Positions 23,174 to 32,543 of a stretch of DNA of 63,138 bases are shown in pieces. Source of the stretch: an uncultured Verrucomicrobiales bacterium. Its GTDB lineage: Bacteria > Verrucomicrobiota > Verrucomicrobiia > Limisphaerales > UBA1100. The notes below the pieces were generated by a model. The model was not told the DNA's origin, did no database searches, and worked only from the letters and a program-made list of their open reading frames with translations. The stretch is taken from positions 1 through 63,138 of the forward strand of contig CAXGXE010000002.1 of NCBI GenBank assembly GCA_964013675.1, written 5' to 3'. Each line of letters starts with the position of its first letter. The first letter of the stretch is position 1. Position numbers and translations under genes: made by a program.

Positions 23174-26100
23174 AATGTGTTGAATGATTTCTTCAATCCC
23201 CAGGATGGTAGTTATGAAGGAGTATCAGCGATGAACCTCACGAAGCAGGGATTCGGCGGCAACTTTAACACGGCGTGGGTTAACGGTGCTGCAAGGCAGG
23301 AAAACTTGATTGATGTAAAGAGTTTAACGCTTGGGATGATGGTGAATTACCTCGGGCTGGGAAATCCGTACCGTTATGCGTTTACGGCCACCAATGCGAT
23401 TATTCCAAACGCAGCTTTGTCCGGCGCCATTTTTTCGGTGGCATTGAAAAATTATGATCCAAGGGCTTTGACAGAATCGGATATGATCAATGGGGTGCAG
23501 TTTTCATATCGGCTGATTCATGATCAGCCGCCCGGTTCGGTTGCCGATGCTGCAACGGTGGGAGCAATGGTTATGGATCTGGAGGAGTTTACCGCTGATA
23601 CCAGCGGAAATGCTTTCAGCGCTGTGTCTGCGATCACGGATGCGTTTTATGGGAATTCAGACATTGTGTGGACAGATGTGCCCAGTGTGTTTGGGTTTGG
23701 TGTGTATTACGATGGCATGAACGCGATGGGTGGGATGTATCGTCCCCGTCATGCTCTGACCTATGATGATGCAGGTGGTTTGAAATACCTGTACAGCACC
23801 AATACGATTGCCATGGAGTATAATCCTTACACGTTGGTGCAGCCGGCGATTTTCACAGGGGCCACAGGAAACCGTAACTTACCGCCAACGGGCAGTGAGG
23901 CATTCAATCGAAGTTTGACAAACCTCTCTCCATTCCCTGTAAGAAATGCAGGATTGTTGGCTTCTTCGTTTGCTTCCACTCATCCGCTCAATCAATTTGC
24001 CAATCCCACGGCAATAACCAACTTCATGAATGGATCCGGCTTCTTTGGCACAAATGTAGGTAAAATGACTTGGGCCTACCGGGGTGGCGTGGATCAGTTG
24101 CAGTTTGAGATGTTGTCCTATGATTCGTTGTTGGCGATGAACCATTTTCCGACCAACTACATCTGGTCGGATACATTCATGACCAACGCCCAGATCATGA
24201 CTCAGATTCCATCGACAGCGATGAACACCACGCCGGGAGCGTCTGTGTCTCTACAGGCGGCGGGAGCTCAGTACTTCACCCAAACAGTGGGACGGGATGT
24301 GCCGGCACCGGATTTCCTCTTCACTGCGGCAACATTGGCTCCAACCACCAACGGCTTGCCTCAGGCATGGCAGCGGGATCCTTGGACGGATTTAGCGGCA
24401 GCTTCGCCGGCGGCGGCGGTGGCGGCCAATCCGGCGGCGCGTTGGAATGGTAGTTCCATGAACATTACAGCCAACACACCGGTAGGGGCGGCTGGACCGG
24501 GCACCTTGGGTAGTATTCCTCAAGTGGGATCCCCCGGATTTAATGTGACTTTTAATAATGCCTTCGCATTGGGAGGGTACGAGGTAGTGTGGAATGGTGA
24601 AACGAGCGTAGTAGGCGATCTGACTTCACCGCCAGTTGCTGCTCAACAATGGGCGTATATTAAAGGTCCCGGCCCGGCAGATTATGTGAAATTTCCTGAT
24701 GGGAGTTTTACCACAATCTTGCAGAATTCCATTTTGCCAGTCACCAGTGCGCCGATTATCGATCTGGTGTCGGATAATGGCGGGCTCTCGGCAATTTCTC
24801 CAAATTCTCTGACACGCACTTTGGAGGCGTTGACCTTGGAGGGGAAACATTTCCGAACCGCTACGGCCATTGAGTTGGTGGGGGCCAATTCGGAAGTGGT
24901 GCAGCTGATCTTTCCAGTGAGTCAATATGTGATCAATGATTCGCTTATTGAAATTCCAGTTGGGGTGATTGGCTACGATTCCGAAGGTAGCAACCGTCGT
25001 GTCCGCGTATGGAATACGGTTGGCCCCAGCCCGTTGAGTGAGGAACAATTCAGCATCGAAACGGGTCCTCCTTCCATTTCTTCAACATCGCATGATGGCG
25101 TGATTTACAACCGTTCAGAGCCGCTTACCATCAACGGAGTTGGATTCAAATCCAAACAGATCGGCACGAATGATGGGAACACAACCATCACGCATGTGCG
25201 TCTTGATGATGAACTGGGCAATGGCCTTTATCCCACTGATGGCAACGGCTCCGGCGCTGATGTCAGCGCCAGATTTAACGTATTGAGTGACAGCCGGGCG
25301 ATTCTCCTGGGGAACACTTTCTCTTCCACTGTAGATGGCTACAACCGGGTGATACGGGTTTCGCGTGGTAATACACAAACTATTAGTGCCAACCGTGAGA
25401 GCGATTTGGGAGTGGTATCCTTCGCCGCAATTACCGTTGAGCCGACCGTCACATCAGTGGATTGGGTGGATCTGGGCAGCAATTCAGAAACGGACATTAA
25501 TGCAACCAATCCCCTGCGGCGCGATGAGGCCATCTTCATTCGAGGGACAGGGCTCAATACGGTTACCAGTATTGAGTTGGTGCAGGAAAATGGTCTCTCG
25601 TATCCTGCTCCGCTAATTGCTTTCCAAGAGCCTTCCAATCTCGAGGAAAATGGCACCTTGATTAGGCTTAGCAAATATTCATTCGCCAGCTCGGATGCCG
25701 ATGGCCATGGCACCATTCGATCCAAATTGCGGGTGATCAATCCGTTCGGTGAAACTATCTATAGCCCAGCATTCAATGTGAACATCCAGCCCAATGACGG
25801 AACACAAGCTGCCAACAATCTTGTCGTCCTCGGTGGAATGCCTCAGCCCGCCGGAGCGTTTAACATTAACGGCAAAATCTGGAACCGCGATGCGGATACC
25901 GGAGAAGATTTGAGCTTTGTGGGGACAGGCCTTAAAGCCATTCAACGCATCTACATCGAGAATGCTAATGGGACAGCCCTAGGTACCCAACCGTTGTTAA
26001 CACTGGACCCCAAAGGCACACCCGGGGTGACCGTGACCGATTCATTGATTCAAATCGATAACAGTGTGGCGCAATTTACAGATGCGAATTATTCCGATGC

Positions 26101-26956
26101 CTTGGCAAAAACCCAGTTTATGCGATTCCGTTTGGAGAGTGCGCGTGACAGCGTGAATACTGGAGGCGGTGTCACCGAACGGTTCCTAGTCGGTCGGCCT
26201 CCCAAGATCACCAGTCTGGCTCTATCCGGTGGCGGTAATCATTGGCGACGTGACGATGGTAATGCCACATTGACCGGCACGGGGCTGAAGCTGGTAGATA
26301 GTGTTGAGGTGGTAGATAAGAATGGACTGACCATTCTGGCGAATACCGGTGTCCTGTTGCCCAACAACAATGTGACTACCACCAGCGATACGTCATTGGA
26401 AATCAATGGGACGGCATTCTCCATTACACCCGGTTTCCTGGATACGGTGACGGCACTAAACCGGCGTGTTCGCGTGACCACGCCTTGGGGCACGGTGTTG
26501 ACCGATGATAATGCGTCGGGTGCCTTTACTATGAGCGCGACCTCGACCTTCCCGACGACTACAGCACTCACCTTTGCCGGCAATGGCAGTGGGTTCAATG
26601 GGGTTGATACTTACGACATTAATGCCACCACTGGAACGGCACCGGATAATCTCCTGCCGCTGGTGATCAATGGCCAAAACTTTCTCGGAGTTAAAACTAT
26701 ATATTTTGAAGATAATGCTTCGAATCTCTCTTTTAAAGTTTCGGATATCAACCCTGCTGTGCCTCCATCAGGTATCACATTTGCAGCAGACGGGTCTCAA
26801 ATTATAATCTCAGGCAAAGTCATATACGATCGCAATTCGTCTTGGGCTGATGTTAATGCCACGAATTCAAGACGTATTGTCTTAGAGTCTGTAGCAGATC
26901 AAAATGCCACATCGCAGGTAATCACGACTAATCCTGCATGGAACGATAATAATTAA
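22892..26956 (+). CDS. B-type giant secreted protein B2 (1354 aa), paralogue of B1
   Basis: The first 94 codons are identical to B1. After that the two are diverged but colinear (shared blocks MVNYLGLGNPYRYAFTATN, DLEEFT.DTSGNA.SAV.AI.DAFYGN, YDGMNAMGGMY.PRHALTYDDAGGLKY). IPT-like cores: ALTLEGKHFRTATAIELVG, IFIRGTGLNTVTSIELVQ, LSFVGTGLKAIQRIYIEN, ATLTGTGLKLVDSVEVVD, LVINGQNFLGVKTIYFED. Confidence 0.85.
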   Translation: MMKKILIALAGILAANANAFVLVGPTDAGLVENTLAWGAPNQTVISANLVDDMGTPKRIDEFYRWNCPSLTYGFDASFVQFFGEQGIAAVNDAMNVLNDFFNPQDGSYEGVSAMNLTKQGFGGNFNTAWVNGAARQENLIDVKSLTLGMMVNYLGLGNPYRYAFTATNAIIPNAALSGAIFSVALKNYDPRALTESDMINGVQFSYRLIHDQPPGSVADAATVGAMVMDLEEFTADTSGNAFSAVSAITDAFYGNSDIVWTDVPSVFGFGVYYDGMNAMGGMYRPRHALTYDDAGGLKYLYSTNTIAMEYNPYTLVQPAIFTGATGNRNLPPTGSEAFNRSLTNLSPFPVRNAGLLASSFASTHPLNQFANPTAITNFMNGSGFFGTNVGKMTWAYRGGVDQLQFEMLSYDSLLAMNHFPTNYIWSDTFMTNAQIMTQIPSTAMNTTPGASVSLQAAGAQYFTQTVGRDVPAPDFLFTAATLAPTTNGLPQAWQRDPWTDLAAASPAAAVAANPAARWNGSSMNITANTPVGAAGPGTLGSIPQVGSPGFNVTFNNAFALGGYEVVWNGETSVVGDLTSPPVAAQQWAYIKGPGPADYVKFPDGSFTTILQNSILPVTSAPIIDLVSDNGGLSAISPNSLTRTLEALTLEGKHFRTATAIELVGANSEVVQLIFPVSQYVINDSLIEIPVGVIGYDSEGSNRRVRVWNTVGPSPLSEEQFSIETGPPSISSTSHDGVIYNRSEPLTINGVGFKSKQIGTNDGNTTITHVRLDDELGNGLYPTDGNGSGADVSARFNVLSDSRAILLGNTFSSTVDGYNRVIRVSRGNTQTISANRESDLGVVSFAAITVEPTVTSVDWVDLGSNSETDINATNPLRRDEAIFIRGTGLNTVTSIELVQENGLSYPAPLIAFQEPSNLEENGTLIRLSKYSFASSDADGHGTIRSKLRVINPFGETIYSPAFNVNIQPNDGTQAANNLVVLGGMPQPAGAFNINGKIWNRDADTGEDLSFVGTGLKAIQRIYIENANGTALGTQPLLTLDPKGTPGVTVTDSLIQIDNSVAQFTDANYSDALAKTQFMRFRLESARDSVNTGGGVTERFLVGRPPKITSLALSGGGNHWRRDDGNATLTGTGLKLVDSVEVVDKNGLTILANTGVLLPNNNVTTTSDTSLEINGTAFSITPGFLDTVTALNRRVRVTTPWGTVLTDDNASGAFTMSATSTFPTTTALTFAGNGSGFNGVDTYDINATTGTAPDNLLPLVINGQNFLGVKTIYFEDNASNLSFKVSDINPAVPPSGITFAADGSQIIISGKVIYDRNSSWADVNATNSRRIVLESVADQNATSQVITTNPAWNDNN

Positions 26957-26976
26957 GGAACCGGGTGGAGAGAGAA

Positions 26977-27005
26977 CGGGGCGACCTTCGGGTCGCCTCG
27001 TTTTT
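26977..27005. terminator. Intrinsic terminator shared by B2 and the convergent HAD gene
   Basis: CGGGGCGACC-ttcg-GGTCGCCTCG hairpin followed by TTTTT. The HAD stop codon is at 27007-27009 on the minus strand. Confidence 0.75.
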
Positions 27006-27006
27006 A

Positions 27007-27678
27007 TTACAAACAATCAGTCAAAGATTCCGGGTGCAGATCGGGTGCGGTCCAGTCCGGGGTATGGGTTTGGAGATCGGCGATGGTACGGTTGCCGGTG
27101 GCGACGGCTAGGACTTTGGCATCGATGGCGCGGGCGCATTCGATATCGCGTTCGGTGTCGCCGATGATCAGGATCTCGGCTGGGTTCAGCTCGGGCCAGC
27201 GGGTTTGGGCCCAGGTCAGGGCGTTGCGGGCGATGTCGTTGCGGTCGGTGTTTTCGCCACCGAAGATGCCCATTTCGAATTCCTGCCAAATGCCGTAGTG
27301 CTCCAGCTTCAATTCTGCACCGCGGGGGTGGTTGCCGGTGAGCAGGCCAATAACGGGTGTGTCGGGCCTGCCTCGCAGGTGTGCGATCAATTCTCGTGTG
27401 CCGGGTAGGGGATCGTGTTCATCGGCGGGCAGAAAGTCAGTGAGGCGGCTCAGGTAAGCTTCAAAGAAGCGGTCGACGTTTTGTTGGGTGCGCTCGATTT
27501 GGTTTTGCTCGAATACTTCCTCCACCAGCCCGCGGTCGGTACGGCCGGCAAAGGACAGGGTTTCAGTGGCTTGCGGCAAGCCAAATACTTCATCAAACGT
27601 GGCCGCAAAGGCCCGTACGCCCGCGCCATGGGTGCGGATGAGGGTACCGTCGATATCAAATAGAACGAGCCTGAACAT
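27007..27678 (-). CDS. HAD-superfamily phosphatase (phosphoglycolate-phosphatase-like, subfamily IA)
   Basis: MFRLVLFDIDGTLIRTHG (DxDGT motif I), LLTGN (motif II), IIGDTERDIECA (motif IV). I place the start at the ATG at 27678. The 70 upstream codons of the ORF carry no HAD sequence. Confidence 0.8.
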   Translation of the reverse strand: MFRLVLFDIDGTLIRTHGAGVRAFAATFDEVFGLPQATETLSFAGRTDRGLVEEVFEQNQIERTQQNVDRFFEAYLSRLTDFLPADEHDPLPGTRELIAHLRGRPDTPVIGLLTGNHPRGAELKLEHYGIWQEFEMGIFGGENTDRNDIARNALTWAQTRWPELNPAEILIIGDTERDIECARAIDAKVLAVATGNRTIADLQTHTPDWTAPDLHPESLTDCL

Positions 27679-27787
27679 GGGTGGGAGAACATCCCACTGG
27701 GTTGCGGGTCGGTCAACCTCCGATGGTGAACAACCTGTGCAGGGCGCCAGCTTGACGCTCTCTTGACTGCTCGGTAGGGTCGGAGAG

Positions 27788-29227
27788 ATGACAAGAGGCA
27801 TTGTCTGTATCATTGGTATAATGGTGTTGAGCTTGGGTTGTGTGTCGGACAACTCCGGGCAGACGTCCGGAAAATCGAACGATGGCAAGCGGAAGTTTGG
27901 ACTGAAGCCTTCCCAGAATAACGAGGACTCGGAGTATGGTCTTAAATACTACGAGGGCATTGGGTGGCGTTACATCAAGCCGGGCCTTGATATTGAGGTT
28001 TTGACCTACACCAACACGCAGTTGCTTGATTACGTGCGTAAGGCGATAGCTGAAAAGCGCTTTGATGATGCGATGTTTGGCGCGCGTTATTTTATCCAGC
28101 GCACGCCGGGCGCGGATGATGTGCCGGAAATGCGCCGTGTGGTGGCCGAAGTGTATGAGGGACGCGGTTTGGAGCAGTACGCTTTTAAGGAATACCAGAA
28201 GCTGCTGGATGCTCATCCCGGATACGATAAGAGCGATGAGGTGAGCGCGCGCATGTATGAGATCGCCACGCTCTACCTGAATGGTAAACGTTTTCGCTGG
28301 AAGATACCCTATCAGGATAGCATTTACATTCCGTTGTTTCCTTCTATGAGTAAGACCTCCGAGCTCTACACGCAGATTGTGACCAATGCGCCGTTTGGCC
28401 TGCATGCCGCCGAGTCACAGTACGGCATTGGGCAGGCGCATGAAAGGGCGCTAAAGGGTTTCTGGGGTTTCTTCGCCGACGCTTCGGAATACGACAAAGC
28501 AACGCGGGCCTATCAGCTTTTGGCCGACCGGTATAGCCAACGGGCGGGCGATTCCCCCCGAGAGAATCAAGAGAAGCTAAATGAGATGGTTGCCCAAGCA
28601 AGGTTCCGCACCGCCGAGTTATATGAGGCCCAAGCCAACGAAGGCATTTACGACCAAAGCATGGCGGAACGTTCCATCGAAGCCTTTGGGGATTTCGTGG
28701 AATTTTATAAGGCCGACTCCGATCTTGAAGAAAAAGTGACCGAAGCCAAGGCGCACATGAACGCTATGCGCCTGGAGCGCGCGCGCGGCTTGAAAGGGAT
28801 TGCGCTGTTTTACGAAAAGAAACGCCAATGGGTGGCAGCACACACCTACTACGGCCAGATCAATCAGGCGCTCATCATTGATGTGCTCAACGATCCCGAT
28901 CACGAAGCCGAGGCCAAGGAGTTGCAATCCTTTGCCAATAAACGGCTTAGCGAGGAACTATTCCAGTGGCGTGTGCGCGATGCTCTGGAGCTGTACGCCG
29001 AGGCGCAAAAGGCTGAAAAGAAAAACCGGCCCTTCACCGCCCAGCGGGAATATCGCAAGGTGAAGTTGAATCTCGAAATCCTGCCTGCCGATCTCGAACG
29101 CGCGGCTACGGCGGCAGAGATTGATTTGGTTCGGTTGCAGGAAATTCAATCCGCGGTCACCGCCGACTTGGAGCGTATTCAGCAACTGCTTGATGAACGC
29201 GAGTTAGCCCGCTCCAGGGAAGATTAG
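27788..29227 (+). CDS. TPR-repeat outer-membrane lipoprotein, BamD-like
   Basis: Lipoprotein-type leader ...IMVLSLGC. It has helical-repeat composition and a BamD/YfiO-like stretch, YQKLLDAHPGYDKSDEVSARMYEIATLYLNG. It is longer (479 aa) than canonical BamD. Confidence 0.45.
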   Translation: MTRGIVCIIGIMVLSLGCVSDNSGQTSGKSNDGKRKFGLKPSQNNEDSEYGLKYYEGIGWRYIKPGLDIEVLTYTNTQLLDYVRKAIAEKRFDDAMFGARYFIQRTPGADDVPEMRRVVAEVYEGRGLEQYAFKEYQKLLDAHPGYDKSDEVSARMYEIATLYLNGKRFRWKIPYQDSIYIPLFPSMSKTSELYTQIVTNAPFGLHAAESQYGIGQAHERALKGFWGFFADASEYDKATRAYQLLADRYSQRAGDSPRENQEKLNEMVAQARFRTAELYEAQANEGIYDQSMAERSIEAFGDFVEFYKADSDLEEKVTEAKAHMNAMRLERARGLKGIALFYEKKRQWVAAHTYYGQINQALIIDVLNDPDHEAEAKELQSFANKRLSEELFQWRVRDALELYAEAQKAEKKNRPFTAQREYRKVKLNLEILPADLERAATAAEIDLVRLQEIQSAVTADLERIQQLLDERELARSRED

Positions 29228-29237
29228 GAATACGGTT

Positions 29238-29777
29238 TTGATGAAAGCCTTCGCCCTAATTTTATTCACCTTGAGCTTCGGAATGCTGACTGGTTGCGTT
29301 GGCTATGTGGCCGGGCCCACCAATGGTCTGCCGGCCGGCGCGCAGTCCGTGCGCGTGGAATTCTTCAAGAACGAAACGTTGGAACCGCGTTTGGTGGTGG
29401 CCGTGAACCGCGCCCTTAAACGAAATCTGCAACAGGACGGTACCTACACATTGGTGACTCAAGGCAATGCGGATCTGGTGGTCACCGGGGAATTGACGGA
29501 GTTTTTCCGGAACGGCGTGAGCTATACGCCCGGCGATTCGTTGTCGGTCAAAGATTACAGCATGTCGCTTACGGCCCACATCAAGGTCACTCGCCCAGGC
29601 ACGGGCGAAGTGGTGTACGAAGGCGAAATCACCGGCAACAGCACGGTGCGCGTGGGGAACGACCTCACGGCCGGCCAGCGACAGGCGGTGCCAATTATTG
29701 CCGATCATTTGGCGCGTCAGGCCACTTCCCTTATTGTGGATGGCAAATGGCCTGAAGCCGCTGCTGCTGCTCCATAA
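29238..29777 (+). CDS. LptE-like LPS-assembly lipoprotein
   Basis: Lipobox FGMLTGC. VRVEFFKNETLEPRLVVAVNRALKRNLQQDGTYTLV...ADLVVTGELTEF follows the LptE pattern. Size is 179 aa. Confidence 0.5.
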   Translation: MMKAFALILFTLSFGMLTGCVGYVAGPTNGLPAGAQSVRVEFFKNETLEPRLVVAVNRALKRNLQQDGTYTLVTQGNADLVVTGELTEFFRNGVSYTPGDSLSVKDYSMSLTAHIKVTRPGTGEVVYEGEITGNSTVRVGNDLTAGQRQAVPIIADHLARQATSLIVDGKWPEAAAAAP

Positions 29778-29818
29778 AATAGTTGCTCCCACCGTGACCT
29801 TGGCGGACACTCGCGCCC

Positions 29819-31105
29819 ATGAAAGCTGCATCCGCCACACTCCTTTCACTTGTTTTCCTCCAAACCACCATCGCCGGCGATTGGTCTCAATGGCGCGGCG
29901 AACAACGGGATGGATTCGCTCAAGACGAAAAGCCGCTGAATGCGCTGGCGGCCAAGCCTAAGCAAATGTGGCAGGTGCCCGCTGGCAAAGGGCAGGGCGG
30001 CTTGATTCTTTCCCAAGGCCGCCTCGTGATGTGTCACGAGACCGTGGTGGGAGGGAAACCCATGGAGACAGCCGCCGTCATCGACACTACCACCGGCAAG
30101 ACCCTTTGGCAGACGCCCTACTCCGAGTCTTGGCAATACACCAACGTCTACGGCCCGGGCCCGCGTACGGCGCCGATGATTGATGGTGATCTATTGTTTT
30201 GCCAAAGCGCCACCGGCGTGCTTGCCGGCATTTCCTTGAAGTCCGGTAAGTTGATTTGGAGCAAACAATACTCCAAGGATTATGGTGCCAAATGGTTCGG
30301 CGGCAATGCTCCGGGGAGCAGTGGCACAGCCGCCAGCCGGCACGGCAACAACGGCGCGCCCGTGACCGATGCCAAGCACATCTACGCCGCGGCCGGCGGA
30401 CACGAAGGCGCCAGTCTCGTGTGTCTGGAGAAAGCGAATGGCAAGCTCGTTTGGAAAAGCGGCAACGACTATGCCGCGTACGCCGGCCTCATGCTCGGCA
30501 AGCTCGCCGGAGTAGAGCAGGTCGTCTACGTCACCGCTGCCAATATGAAAGGTTACCGCGCAGTTGACGGCAAGGAACTCTGGAGTGTGCCGGTGAAAAC
30601 CGGTGCCGCCCGCAATATTGTGACGCCGATTCTTCAAGGCGACACGGTTACCGTGGCCAGCCACACCGTCGGCACCTTTCAAGTGCGTATACGGAACAGC
30701 GGCGACGGCCAGATTGCGGAGCCGGTTTGGAGCAATAAGGATGTGAAAACTAACATCACCACGCCCGTGCTTAAGGATGGCTACCTCTACGGTCTTGGCA
30801 CCTCGCGCGGTAAGAATTCCGATTTTGTATGTCTCAATCACAAAACCGGTGAACTGGTTTGGAGCAAAGGCGGCTATGATGATTACGCTTCGGTGATCGG
30901 TCTCGGAGACGCTCTGCTCGTCCATGGCTCCCGCGGAGCGGTGACCCTGCTCAAGGCCACTCCCAAGGCCTATACTGAGCTCGGCCGCATCGACGCGGCC
31001 AGTCAACTGACCTGGAATTTCCCCGTGTATTCCAACGGCGTTCTGTATCTCAAGGATGGATTGCGTGATGGCGGCAATAAACTCACTGCATTGAAGTTGC
31101 AATAG
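29819..31105 (+). CDS. PQQ-like beta-propeller repeat protein (BamB family-like)
   Basis: Signal peptide, then GDWSQWRGEQRDG and repeated G..LW...-type blades (GKTLWQT, GKLIWSK, GKLVWKS, GKELWSV, GELVWSK). Confidence 0.6.
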   Translation: MKAASATLLSLVFLQTTIAGDWSQWRGEQRDGFAQDEKPLNALAAKPKQMWQVPAGKGQGGLILSQGRLVMCHETVVGGKPMETAAVIDTTTGKTLWQTPYSESWQYTNVYGPGPRTAPMIDGDLLFCQSATGVLAGISLKSGKLIWSKQYSKDYGAKWFGGNAPGSSGTAASRHGNNGAPVTDAKHIYAAAGGHEGASLVCLEKANGKLVWKSGNDYAAYAGLMLGKLAGVEQVVYVTAANMKGYRAVDGKELWSVPVKTGAARNIVTPILQGDTVTVASHTVGTFQVRIRNSGDGQIAEPVWSNKDVKTNITTPVLKDGYLYGLGTSRGKNSDFVCLNHKTGELVWSKGGYDDYASVIGLGDALLVHGSRGAVTLLKATPKAYTELGRIDAASQLTWNFPVYSNGVLYLKDGLRDGGNKLTALKLQ

Positions 31106-31123
31106 CTTCAGTTTGCCCGCTTC

Positions 31124-32365
31124 ATGAATTCAACCGAGCAATATCTCGAAGCCCAAGCCGCCGCCAGTGAGCAGGTGGATGTGCCGACGATGGTGAATTA
31201 CATCATCCAGGATTCATTGCATCGCGGCGCCAGCGACATCCACATTGAACCTTGGGAAGACATGGTTGGCGTGCGGGTGCGCGTCAATGGTGTGCTCCAA
31301 TGGCTGGTGGGTATCCCATCGGACCATCATCCTAACATCTGTGGCCGCTTCAAGGTGATGGCTAATCTGGAGAGTCATACCACCGGCTTACCGCAGGATG
31401 GTAAGGCCGCGCCAGAGGAATTTGGCGGCGTTCAGTTACGTGTCTCAATTTTCCCAACGGTCTTTGGGGAGAAAATCGTCTGCCGCGTGTTTAACCCTAA
31501 CTCCAAGGTCTTTGATATCTCTAAGCTCGGATTCGATGATGCGACATTGGAAAGATTTAAGGAACTAGCCGCCAAACCCACTGGGTTGATGCTACTCACC
31601 GGCCCGACTGGTTCCGGTAAAACCACGGCCATCTATGCAGCCATCGGCTATCTTCTGGAAAAGCACGGCAACGCCGTGGCAATTTCGTCTGTGGAAGATC
31701 CTGTAGAGCAAAATCTTGATTGGGTAAATCAATCCTCGCTTAACCCAGCCCGTGGGTACACTTACCCGGCTGCTCTGCGCTCGCTGATGCGGCAGGATCC
31801 CGAGATCATTATGGTGGGTGAGATTCGCGACGAGGAAACTGCCGAGATTGCCATCAACGCCGGAATGACTGGTCACCTTGTGATCAGCACTCTGCACGCG
31901 AATACCACCTCCGGAACGTTCGCGCGACTGATCAATATGGATATCGAGCCATTCCTACTAGCCTCCACCATTATTGGTGTATTGGGCGTACGCTTGCTGC
32001 GCACCAACTGCATGCATTGCGCTGGTCCCTACACACCAGAACCGGCCCCGCTCGAGCAACTCCGTCAATTCGAAGGTGATGATTACTTACAGGCTATGCT
32101 TGATCAACAGGGCTTTTATCGTGGCGCAGGCTGTTCAGCCTGTGGCGATACCGGGTTCAGCGGACGAACATCCATCAACGAGCTGCTTGTCTGCACCGAG
32201 CCGGTGCGCGAAGCCGTGATGCAGAAACGAGCTTCGCGTGAAATTCAGGCCCTCGCCGTGCAGGACGGCATGCGCACTTTGTGGGATAGCGGCTTGCAAC
32301 TCGTGGTCGATCGCAAAACCACATTGGAGGAAACCCTCCAGAAGGTGGCGGCGGATCAGGTTTAG
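31124..32365 (+). CDS. GspE/PilB-family secretion ATPase, short form
   Basis: ASDIHIEP, Walker A LLTGPTGSGKTT, Asp box SVEDPVE, Walker B/His box MRQDPEIIMVGEIRDEETAEIAINAGMTGHLVISTLH, tetracysteine CMHC...CSAC. Confidence 0.85.
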   Translation: MNSTEQYLEAQAAASEQVDVPTMVNYIIQDSLHRGASDIHIEPWEDMVGVRVRVNGVLQWLVGIPSDHHPNICGRFKVMANLESHTTGLPQDGKAAPEEFGGVQLRVSIFPTVFGEKIVCRVFNPNSKVFDISKLGFDDATLERFKELAAKPTGLMLLTGPTGSGKTTAIYAAIGYLLEKHGNAVAISSVEDPVEQNLDWVNQSSLNPARGYTYPAALRSLMRQDPEIIMVGEIRDEETAEIAINAGMTGHLVISTLHANTTSGTFARLINMDIEPFLLASTIIGVLGVRLLRTNCMHCAGPYTPEPAPLEQLRQFEGDDYLQAMLDQQGFYRGAGCSACGDTGFSGRTSINELLVCTEPVREAVMQKRASREIQALAVQDGMRTLWDSGLQLVVDRKTTLEETLQKVAADQV

Positions 32366-32543
32366 GGCGGTCTGTTTGTCGGTGTGGTGGGATGGCGGGC
32401 GATTGTTGCGCCAATGCGGCGTGACCGCCGAGGGGTTCTGGTGGGATTGAGGATTGATCTCCGACAGTATCCGTCGGCGTGTTCGGCGGTGCCGCCCAGC
32501 CTTCGTTGGCGGGCTTGCGCATGCCGGAGTTTCGCTGTGAGGG

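Noticed and set aside
27679-27888. 70-codon N-terminal extension of the HAD phosphatase ORF.
   Set aside because: The HAD motif I (DIDGT) begins 8 residues after the internal ATG at 27678. The extension would overlap the divergent BamD-like gene start at 27788 and has no recognisable features.
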